Assembly (NCBI GenBank): GCA_964597675.1
Contig: CAZQYV010000002.1
Coordinates: forward strand, 7,532-71,531
Reading direction: 5' to 3'
DNA length: 64,000 nt
DNA from: an uncultured Candidatus Saccharibacteria bacterium
Lineage (GTDB): Bacteria > Patescibacteriota > Minisyncoccia > Phycocordibacterales > DATDWN01
Part shown: positions 56,658 to 64,000 of the stretch, piece after piece
Position numbering within the stretch: position 1 is the stretch's first letter
Layout of the letters: each line of letters opens with the position of its first letter
The notes under the pieces: model-generated
Database searches by the model: none
The model's input: the letters and a program-made list of their open reading frames with translations, nothing else
What the model was told of the DNA's origin: nothing
Program-made: the position numbers and the translations under genes

Positions 56658-59333
56658 ATGCCACCATTTAATCAATTCACAACAAAAGCAAAAGAAGCAA
56701 TACGTAAGGCCCATGAGTTGGCAATAGAACGTGGTCAAAACCACGTTAATCCATTGCATCTTTTGGCCGCTTTAGTATTACAGGAAGACAGCATTGTGCC
56801 ATCTATTCTCGATCGACTGGAAATAGACACCATACTTTTGACTGATTCACTGCTCGATGCAATCGAAGGCAATGAGAGCGGGCAGACATTGTCTGCGTCA
56901 TATCAGATATATCTAACACCAGAATTAGCACAGACCATCGAGGCGTCCACCAAGGAGGCAACTGCTCTCGGAGATGAATTCGTCTCCACAGAACATTTGT
57001 TTATCGCAACAGTTGAAACACCCAGTCCAGCGCGTGATGTATTGATGAAATTTAAAATTGATAAAGCATCTATTTTGCAGGTTCTAGAGGAAATCAAAAG
57101 TAAAAAAATAACAGAGACAGACACACCGAAAAAATTTAAGGCACTTTCAAAATATACACGAAATCTAACCAAACTTGCACAGCAGAACAAACTCGATCCA
57201 GTGATCGGCCGTGATAGTGAAATATCTCGTATCATTCAGATTCTTTCTCGACGAACAAAAAACAATCCGATTTTGATTGGTGAAGCAGGGGTGGGTAAAA
57301 CTGCAATTGTTGAAGGTCTTGCAATCCGTATGTCACTTGGTGAAGTGCCAGAGTCCCTGAAAGACAAGGAGCTCGTTTCACTTGATTTGGGACTTTTGAT
57401 TGCCGGCACAAAATACCGTGGTGAATTCGAGGAGCGATTGAAAAATATTTTAAAAGAAATCGAAAAGGCAGACGGGAAGATTGTTCTCTTTGTCGATGAG
57501 ATTCACACTATTGTCGGTGCAGGTTCTGCCGAAGGTTCCCTAGATGCGTCAAACATGTTGAAACCCGCGCTTGCTCGTGGCGAGTTGCGTGCAATCGGTG
57601 CAACAACACTGAAGGAATATCAAAAATACATCGAAAAAGATCCAGCATTGACCCGACGTTTTCAGCCGGTGTATATCAATGAGCCGAATAACGAGGACGC
57701 GATTACCATTCTCCGTGGCCTGAAAGAAAAATATGAGTTATATCACGGTGTTCGAATTACAGACGAAGCCATTGTTGCTGCCGTCAATTTGTCTAGCCGG
57801 TATATTACTGATCGATTTTTGCCAGACAAGGCAGTAGACCTTATCGATGAATCTGCATCGTTTCTCAAGATTGCACTAGAAAACATGCCACCAGCGTTAC
57901 AAGAGACTCACTCAAAGGTGGTAAAGCTCGAGATTGAGCGCGAGGCGCTAAAAAAAGAGACAGATCCAAAATCAAAGAGCCGAGTCAAAGAGATTGAAAA
58001 GGCCATCGCTGACCTCAAAGAACAAACTTCTGAAATTGAGTTGAAGTGGAATAATGAAAAGGAAACTGTAGGGGACATCAAGACAATCAAGAAACAACTT
58101 GAGGAGTTTCGACGTGAGGCAGAGACTGCCGAGGCACGTGCCGATTTGTCGCGTGCAGCAGAGATTAGATATGGAACACTTCCTGCTCTTGAAAAAGATT
58201 TGGATACCAAGGTAAAGCGTCTGAAAAAATTACAAAGTTCTCGGAGGATTCTAAAAGAGGAAATTACAGAAAATGATATTGCCATGATTGTTTCCAAATG
58301 GACTGGTATTCCTGTCTCTCGTATGCTGGAAGAAGAGGCAGACAAGCTCCATCGTATGGAAGAGGTTTTGCATGGTCGTATTGTCGGACAAATAGAGGCA
58401 GTCAAAAAAATATCTGATACAGTCAAGCGCTCTCGTGCAGGTATTGCGGACCCAAACCGACCAATCGGATCTTTTCTCTTTCTCGGTCCTACTGGTGTTG
58501 GTAAAACAGAATTAACAAAAGCACTTGCACAATTCCTCTTTGATGATGACAAGGCACTGATTCGTGTCGACATGTCTGAGTTTATGGAAAAGCACAGTGT
58601 TTCCAAATTGATCGGTGCGCCAGCTGGATATGTTGGGTATGAAGAAGGAGGAAACTTGACCGAAATGGTTCGCCACCGTCCTTATTCCGTCGTCCTTTTC
58701 GATGAAATCGAAAAAGCACACCCAGAAGTGTTCAATATCTTGTTACAAGTATTGGACAATGGACGTCTGACGGATGCCAAGGGACGCGTGGTCAATTTCC
58801 GAAATACAGTTATTATTTTGACATCAAATATCGGCGCACAATACATTGATCGTATGGAAAAAATTGGTTTCGCACATGATAAAACTGAACAATCAAATTA
58901 CAATGACGCAAAGGCAAAAGTGATGGATGCACTGAAGGATCATTTTCGTCCAGAGTTTCTCAATCGTTTGGATGATATTATTGTTTTCGACATTTTGAGT
59001 CGAGAAGCCATTGTTGAAATTGTTAAAATTCAAGTCGCTATTGTGGTTGACCGATTGGCCCAAAAAGATATTACTCTTGAATTAACTCCTGCTGTTTTTG
59101 ATACTCTTGCACAAGAGGGTTACAACCCACAATATGGTGCACGACCACTGAAGCGTCTAATACAAAATAAAATATTAACACCGATTGCATCTCTCATTGT
59201 CAGCAAGGGGATTGTTAAGGGTGGCTCAATTGTTGTTGATTTCAAAGCAGGGGAATACGTACTTTCTGTTAAAAAAGGTAGACGTGGGTCACTAGTCAGT
59301 GAAAGTATCATCTCTCCTAAAGCAATGAAATAA
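56658..59333 (+). CDS. clpB: ATP-dependent chaperone ClpB
   Basis: two AAA+ modules (GEAGVGKT; GPTGVGKT), long coiled-coil M-domain, Clp N domain. Confidence 0.9.
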   Translation: MPPFNQFTTKAKEAIRKAHELAIERGQNHVNPLHLLAALVLQEDSIVPSILDRLEIDTILLTDSLLDAIEGNESGQTLSASYQIYLTPELAQTIEASTKEATALGDEFVSTEHLFIATVETPSPARDVLMKFKIDKASILQVLEEIKSKKITETDTPKKFKALSKYTRNLTKLAQQNKLDPVIGRDSEISRIIQILSRRTKNNPILIGEAGVGKTAIVEGLAIRMSLGEVPESLKDKELVSLDLGLLIAGTKYRGEFEERLKNILKEIEKADGKIVLFVDEIHTIVGAGSAEGSLDASNMLKPALARGELRAIGATTLKEYQKYIEKDPALTRRFQPVYINEPNNEDAITILRGLKEKYELYHGVRITDEAIVAAVNLSSRYITDRFLPDKAVDLIDESASFLKIALENMPPALQETHSKVVKLEIEREALKKETDPKSKSRVKEIEKAIADLKEQTSEIELKWNNEKETVGDIKTIKKQLEEFRREAETAEARADLSRAAEIRYGTLPALEKDLDTKVKRLKKLQSSRRILKEEITENDIAMIVSKWTGIPVSRMLEEEADKLHRMEEVLHGRIVGQIEAVKKISDTVKRSRAGIADPNRPIGSFLFLGPTGVGKTELTKALAQFLFDDDKALIRVDMSEFMEKHSVSKLIGAPAGYVGYEEGGNLTEMVRHRPYSVVLFDEIEKAHPEVFNILLQVLDNGRLTDAKGRVVNFRNTVIILTSNIGAQYIDRMEKIGFAHDKTEQSNYNDAKAKVMDALKDHFRPEFLNRLDDIIVFDILSREAIVEIVKIQVAIVVDRLAQKDITLELTPAVFDTLAQEGYNPQYGARPLKRLIQNKILTPIASLIVSKGIVKGGSIVVDFKAGEYVLSVKKGRRGSLVSESIISPKAMK

Positions 59334-59385
59334 ATTTGAAAGAAAGTTGTATTAGATATAAAAATCTGATATTCTTTCTCTGAAT

Positions 59386-59467
59386 GCGTGGATCGTATAG
59401 TGGCAATTACTCGAGACTGTAAATCTCGCGGCTTCGGCCTTCGGGGGTTCGAGTCCCTCTCCACGCA
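59386..59467 (+). tRNA. tRNA-Tyr (anticodon GTA), long variable arm
   Basis: GCGTGGA...CGAGA-ctGTAaa-TCTCG-CGGCTTCGGCCTTC-GGGGG-TTCGAGT-CCCTC-TCCACGC-A. Confidence 0.85.
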
Positions 59468-59648
59468 CAAATTAAAAATACCCTTTTGGGTATTTTTAAT
59501 TTGTGGTGAGAGAAAGCCATATTATGGCTTTCGTAGGGACTCAAAACCTTTGATAGTTTTTTGTGATCCTGAGCTCGTCGAAGGAGATATAAAAAACAGA
59601 AAAGGTCTACTGATCCTGTAAGGATCGAATGTCCCTCTCCACGCACAA
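59468..59648 (+). repeat. tRNA-Tyr downstream module: terminator hairpin, inverted T-arm copy (gggactcaaaacc), TCGAAGGAGATAT box, direct 23-nt copy of tRNA 3' end (59626-59648)
   Basis: cgaatgtccctctccacgcacaa vs tRNA cgagtccctctccacgcacaa. Confidence 0.65.
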
Positions 59649-59702
59649 TCACCCTCTTATTATCCACAATAAGATATTTATATTGTCTACATATGATATT
59701 AT

Positions 59703-60011
59703 ATGTGTATGTCAGTTGAATTTGAAGAGCAAAAATGGTCACATCAGGGCTCATACCAACCAGGTACTGATCCTTCCAGTAGTATTGATAGCTATTTAGT
59801 ATCGTTGGGTATTGCAAAAAATAGTACTCAATCAAAATATATCTTGATTGTGAGCGCCACTATTATTACTGTTATATTTTTTATATTTATCTCCTCCTTT
59901 CTTTTAGATATGTCTGCTCGTAAGCCAAAATCGAATATAGTGGTGCCACAGGGAAATAAACTGATCAATATAAAAGGTGCGCCACCAAAATTGGAATCCC
60001 CCGTAAACTAA
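59703..60011 (+). CDS. hypothetical small membrane protein
   Basis: ORF with one TM segment; weak support. Confidence 0.25.
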   Translation: MCMSVEFEEQKWSHQGSYQPGTDPSSSIDSYLVSLGIAKNSTQSKYILIVSATIITVIFFIFISSFLLDMSARKPKSNIVVPQGNKLINIKGAPPKLESPVN

Positions 60012-60018
60012 AAATAAA

Positions 60019-60528
60019 ATGCATAGATTAAATAGAGGGTTTACATTGATCGAGCTTCTTGTTGTTATATCAATAATTTCACTTTTATCTTCAGTTGTAC
60101 TGTCTAGTGTCAATGCTGCAAAAATAAAAGCTCGTGATACATTACGAAAACAACAAATGGTCCAACTTCGGACTGCGCTTGAAATGTATTATGGTGATAA
60201 TGCATCATACCCTTTGCCATATGGTGGTGCCTGGGCAGGGTATGCAGGGACCGGTTGTAATGGAGTGCAAGGCGGTATTACAGGTGCAACTGGATACATA
60301 ATTAACCTCGCACCGACGTATATCGGAACCCTCCCGATCGATCCTAGTAGGGGTACTGCCTGGTGTACTGGATATGTGTATTACTCTGATGGTGCCAATT
60401 ATAAACTTGTCTCACATATAGTCTACGAGGGCACATATCCAACTGTCGGGCAACCTTTTTATGACCCTGCACGGCCAACATGGGGGCTTATGGTTTGTAG
60501 TGGTGAGCCGGCATGTACTAATTGGTGA
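60019..60528 (+). CDS. type IV pilin (prepilin-type N-terminal cleavage/methylation domain)
   Basis: MHRLNRG|FTLIELLVVISII class III signal peptide. Confidence 0.85.
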   Translation: MHRLNRGFTLIELLVVISIISLLSSVVLSSVNAAKIKARDTLRKQQMVQLRTALEMYYGDNASYPLPYGGAWAGYAGTGCNGVQGGITGATGYIINLAPTYIGTLPIDPSRGTAWCTGYVYYSDGANYKLVSHIVYEGTYPTVGQPFYDPARPTWGLMVCSGEPACTNW

Positions 60529-60793
60529 GCTGGTTGCATAAAGTCGCTTTCTTTGGTATGATGGTCAGTACATAATTTAAAATACGTATGTCACAAGATA
60601 GACTTATTCCAATACGAAACAAGCAAACCGGTGAGGTGTATTGGACAACTAAAAACAAAAAGAAAGTTGAGCGAAAAATTGAATTGAAAAAATTCAGTAA
60701 GAAACTTCGTAAGCGAGTTGCGTTCAAAGAGGCAAAGAAATAAGACGAAAATTCGCCAAAAAGGCGATTTTTTGTTATATTAATCTTCGTAAG

Positions 60794-60864
60794 GGCTTGT
60801 AGTTTCAATGGTAAAACAATCCTCTCCAAAAGGATCGTTCCGCGTTCGAGTCGCGGCGAGCCCG
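60794..60864 (+). tRNA. tRNA-Trp (anticodon CCA)
   Basis: GGGCTTG-TA-GTTT-CAATGGTAA-AAC-A-ATCCT-ctCCAaa-AGGAT-CGTT-CCGCG-TTCGAGT-CGCGG-CGAGCCC-G. Confidence 0.85.
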
Positions 60865-61080
60865 CAAAAAAATAAGTCCCGCGCGAGTGGCGCAGGACTT
60901 TGTTGTCGACTATCTGTGTAATGACCACAGGAAGCCGCCAAATATCAGGAGAACAGCTATGTTGGTGCCCCAGATGAGGCACGAGATGAGTCGACTTTTT
61001 TGCTCTTGGGAAAAAGGTTTCATACAAATCAGTTTCCCTTTCAAAAGAAGGATTGGTTGTTCGTCCATTCTTTCTTATTT

Positions 61081-61986
61081 TTACTCTTTTCCGTGTAGAA
61101 ATGCAACTACGATTTCTTCAATCTTCTCTGTATCTGTCGGTATAAACCACTGAATCTTAGTATCCCGTTTGAACCACGTTATCTGTCGTTTTGCATATTG
61201 TTCTATTTCCTTTGAAAGAGTCTGTATAAACTCTGACCGAGATATTTTACCGGTAAGAAAAAGTGCAAGATATCGATATTCGAGTCCAAGGGAGAGCATA
61301 CGCTTCCACGAGAGACCGCGCTCGTGTAGTCTCACTGCTTCACTTACCATGCCTGCTTTTAATCGCTTGAGGAGGCGAGTATGGATTTTTTCAGACAATC
61401 CCTCTTTTGAAAGTGTCAGTCCAATTTGCAGAATATCATACGGCGATGATTTTTTCTGAAGGGGAGGCACGCTACCAAGATGTTCTGCGATTTCAATTGC
61501 GCGTACGAGTCGGGCTGGATTTTTTGTATCGATAGTTTCTAGAACATGAGAGTCATATTTTTGTAGAATACCAACTAACTCTGTGGCAGTCTTATTTTCT
61601 AATTCTTGTCGGAGTTGCACATTGGGTGGCACTTCGGGCAAGACAATCCCATCAACAATTGATTGAATATAAAATCCTGTGCCCCCACAAATGATCGGTA
61701 ATTTTCCTCTATTCAAAATATCGGTGATACATTTTTCTGCTGATTTTTGCCAATCGAATACAGAATATATTTTTGTGGGTGAGACAACGTCAAGCATATG
61801 ATGGGGAATACCCCGCATCTCTTTTTTGGTTATTTTACCTGTACCAATGTCGAGGTGCTTGTAGACCTGTCGAGAATCAGCTGAAATAACTTCGCCATTG
61901 TGCTTTTTGGCGATAGTTACAGCTAAATCAGACTTGCCTGTGGCAGTTGGTCCTAGAATGACGATTATGCGTGGTTTAGTTGACAT
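61081..61986 (-). CDS. miaA: tRNA dimethylallyltransferase MiaA
   Basis: IVILGPTATGKSDLAV P-loop, DSRQVYKHLDIGTGK. Confidence 0.85.
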   Translation of the reverse strand: MSTKPRIIVILGPTATGKSDLAVTIAKKHNGEVISADSRQVYKHLDIGTGKITKKEMRGIPHHMLDVVSPTKIYSVFDWQKSAEKCITDILNRGKLPIICGGTGFYIQSIVDGIVLPEVPPNVQLRQELENKTATELVGILQKYDSHVLETIDTKNPARLVRAIEIAEHLGSVPPLQKKSSPYDILQIGLTLSKEGLSEKIHTRLLKRLKAGMVSEAVRLHERGLSWKRMLSLGLEYRYLALFLTGKISRSEFIQTLSKEIEQYAKRQITWFKRDTKIQWFIPTDTEKIEEIVVAFLHGKE

Positions 61987-62024
61987 AATATCCTTATTAT
62001 GGATAATTTTGAGCGGAGGTCAAG

Positions 62025-62267
62025 ATGACACTAACCATTATTGGTAAAGAGAAATTTCACTATAAGATTGTATTTCAGGTGAGAAAATCACCAAAAGATA
62101 CAATCGGGTCTGTGACATATGAATTCATTGGAACCCACACAAGATTCACAGAGTTCCTTGCAACTAAATATCAAGAGCTTTCAGCTGAATATTCAAATGT
62201 TGTGCAGGATAGTGTCACAGTGCTACCTGCAGACAGTCAGCTCATTTTTGGGGACAACAAGCTCTAA
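62025..62267 (+). CDS. hypothetical small protein
   Basis: 80 aa ORF followed by hairpin terminator (62283-62310). Confidence 0.4.
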   Translation: MTLTIIGKEKFHYKIVFQVRKSPKDTIGSVTYEFIGTHTRFTEFLATKYQELSAEYSNVVQDSVTVLPADSQLIFGDNKL

Positions 62268-62350
62268 TCAAGAATTTTTTCCAAACCGCGTGTGGTCCCC
62301 ACGCGGTTTTCGTTTGATTTTTCTCTTGTTTATAGTATGCTAGGAACGAA

Positions 62351-62432
62351 GCCGGAGTGGCGGAATTGGTATACGCGCACGACTCAAAATCGTGTCTCGC
62401 AAGGGATGAGGGTTCAAGTCCCTCCTCCGGCA
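62351..62432 (+). tRNA. tRNA-Leu (anticodon CAA)
   Basis: GCCGGAG...CACGA-ctCAAaa-TCGTG, long variable arm, GAGGG-TTCAAGT-CCCTC-CTCCGGC-A. Confidence 0.85.
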
Positions 62433-62606
62433 CAAAAAATCCCCCTTGTGGGGATTTTTTAGTCGGAGAACAAAACGAAGTTTTGTGCGAGGGGCTTGAA
62501 CGGATTTACGGTGTACGCTCGCAGCAGCGAGTGTCGTAAATCCGGCGACTAGGTTTTTTTGTGAGCGACGGCGAGCAAAAAATGTAGTCGAGATTCCCCC
62601 CTCCTT
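62433..62606 (+). repeat. tRNA-Leu(CAA) downstream module: terminator hairpin, AAAACGAAG box, inverted T-arm copy, 7-bp hairpin, GAGCGACGGCGAG box (62563-62575), partial 3' copy
   Basis: box order and sequences parallel tRNA-Phe module. Confidence 0.65.
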
Positions 62607-63767
62607 CTAAAAATCATTTAGCAGTTTGATATCAGCACCAATAGAATTTAGTCTCTCCGCGATATTTTCATATCCTCGATTGATTGCGTAAACATTTCGT
62701 AAAATAGACGTACCTTTTGCTCCTAGCATCGCCACGAGAATAATCATAGCGGGGCGGAGCGCTGGGGGACATACGATTTGATTTGCTTTAAGTGTTCGTG
62801 GACCATTTACAAAAACTCGATGTGGGTCAGCCAACACTATATCAGCACCGAGTCGGTTAAGCTCTGTAAAATAAATTGCACGGTTTTCCCACATCCAGTC
62901 ATGAATAAGTGTTGTGCCATGGGCAATATTTGCTATTGGAACAAAGAAGGGCAGGTTGTCGGTATTGATACCAGGGTATGCTGATGCATGGATTTTATCA
63001 TTTTGTGCTACAAGTTTTGAAGGCAAAATAGTAATATCACATAGTCGTGTCGATTCATTTTTAGCGAGATATATTTTTGATGAGGTGTATTTGAGCCCCA
63101 TCTTTTTCAGTTTTAGTAATTCAAGAGCCAGAAAGTCAATTGGACATCGGGTAATAGTTAATTTTGACCCTGTAACAATAGCAGCTGAGATAAACATCAT
63201 AGATTCGATTGGATCTTCGCTATTCCAATATTCGATTGGAGTGTTAATTTCTTTGACACCATGTATCACTAGTGTACTTGTTCCAACACCTTCAATCTTC
63301 ACACCGCATTTTTGTAAGAAGAAACACACTTCTTGCACTTGGTAGTTTGGAGGAGTAAAACGCAGTGTAGTCATACCTGGGATCAGTGCCGCTGCAATAA
63401 TCATGTTTTCTGTGGCTGTATCACTAGATTCATACATCACAATGTCCGCTGGGTGTAATTTTTTGTGTTTGATTTCGTAATAGTGCTCTTTGGTACTGAT
63501 TGATACACCAATTTCTTCAAATGCATATCTGTGTGCGGCAATAGTACGCCCACCCATTTTGCATCCTCCAGCGTGGGGGATAATGAATGACTGACCAGCA
63601 TGTATAAGCCCTCCAATCATCATAAGAATTGATCGAATTCGCGGAGTTTTTTCATGATCAAGACCTGCAAAATTAAATTTCTTTGGTGGTGTGATTTTGA
63701 CTGTATTATGTTCTAACCAATCAACTTTGACTCCAATAGATTCAAAAATTTCTATGATGCGAGCCAT
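62607..63767 (-). CDS. murA: UDP-N-acetylglucosamine 1-carboxyvinyltransferase MurA (true N-terminus lies upstream of the listed ATG; start codon unresolved)
   Basis: EPT-family blocks; in-frame upstream translation ...DDFQIVGGRKLSGTIETNTSKNGALGLFCAALL matches MurA residues ~2-40 but contains no ATG/GTG/TTG. Confidence 0.75.
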   Translation of the reverse strand: MARIIEIFESIGVKVDWLEHNTVKITPPKKFNFAGLDHEKTPRIRSILMMIGGLIHAGQSFIIPHAGGCKMGGRTIAAHRYAFEEIGVSISTKEHYYEIKHKKLHPADIVMYESSDTATENMIIAAALIPGMTTLRFTPPNYQVQEVCFFLQKCGVKIEGVGTSTLVIHGVKEINTPIEYWNSEDPIESMMFISAAIVTGSKLTITRCPIDFLALELLKLKKMGLKYTSSKIYLAKNESTRLCDITILPSKLVAQNDKIHASAYPGINTDNLPFFVPIANIAHGTTLIHDWMWENRAIYFTELNRLGADIVLADPHRVFVNGPRTLKANQIVCPPALRPAMIILVAMLGAKGTSILRNVYAINRGYENIAERLNSIGADIKLLNDF

Positions 63768-64000
63768 TTCTTCGATACGAGGGATTCCGTGAAATGTTGT
63801 ACTCTGTTTGTTAAGAAGTGCTGCACAAAAAAGTCCAAGAGCCCCATTTTTTGATGTGTTTGTTTCAATTGTGCCTGATAATTTCCTGCCACCAACAATT
63901 TGAAAATCATCAGTCGAGTTAGAAACTTTGACGAGCGAACGTTCGAGGAGGGAACTTATTTTGTATAGTTGCTCTGTACTTAGATTTTGCTCACCTTTTT

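Noticed and set aside
60518-61027. 169-aa minus-strand ORF
   Set aside because: Overlaps tRNA-Trp and the type IV pilin 3' end; no RBS or motifs.
1-64000. CRISPR arrays, rRNA genes, integrase/transposase genes
   Set aside because: Searched for regular short direct repeats with unique spacers and for rRNA/recombinase signatures; none found. The tRNA modules are irregular in spacing and content and are not CRISPR-like.

Overview
This 64 kb window is AT-rich (roughly 35-40% GC by eye) and its gene content fits a reduced-genome, outer-membrane-free bacterium of the Candidate Phyla Radiation / Patescibacteria type. I infer that from short IF-2 and ValRS forms, many leaderless-looking starts, giant SLH/Ig-repeat surface proteins, a type IV pilin, and a high share of hypothetical membrane proteins.

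Housekeeping content:
- Cell envelope and division: murJ, ftsA, ftsZ, murA, an FtsB/DivIC-like protein, lepB, and a Wzy/O-antigen-ligase-like TPR membrane protein.
- Translation and ribosome: lepA, valS, infB, rbfA, rpsA, rpsU, pth, ybeY, tsaD, miaA and a divergent hisS-like gene.
- Redox and stress: trxB, msrA, msrB, a glutaredoxin-like protein, Hsp20 and clpB.
- Others: gyrA, a NifS/IscS-like cysteine desulfurase, RNase P RNA (rnpB) and twelve tRNA genes.

Accessory content:
1. A lineage-specific, structured module lies downstream of nearly every tRNA gene; I count ten copies, one carrying a 600 bp AT-rich cargo ORF. Its parts, in order, are: an inverted copy of the tRNA's own T-arm, a hairpin, a conserved GAGCGACGGCGAG-type box, a TCGARGGAGAYAT box, and a direct copy of the tRNA 3' end. 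This is the signature expected of a family of tRNA-targeted miniature integrative elements, or of an unusual tRNA trailer architecture.
2. A tandem array of six secreted two-TM VirB2/TrbC-like pilin paralogs sits next to a membrane-anchored VirB1-like lytic transglycosylase.
3. A 1610 aa SLH/Ig-like surface protein contains three ~98% identical 230 bp intragenic repeats.
4. Lectin-type surface proteins: an H-type lectin protein followed by a protein with a DUF2341-LamG tandem duplication.
5. Several GC-rich (45-55%) small genes look horizontally acquired and carry consensus sigma70 promoters plus palindromic operators. One sigma-70 region-4-like gene is inserted, inverted, between ftsA and ftsZ.
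6. Two free-standing homing-endonuclease-like genes (HNH and HTH-LAGLIDADG-like) lie among the tRNA genes.
7. A promoter- and terminator-bounded ~350 nt candidate ncRNA of unknown class lies next to the LAGLIDADG-like gene.

No CRISPR array or rRNA gene was seen. Family assignments come from reading the translations against remembered motifs and are unverified.
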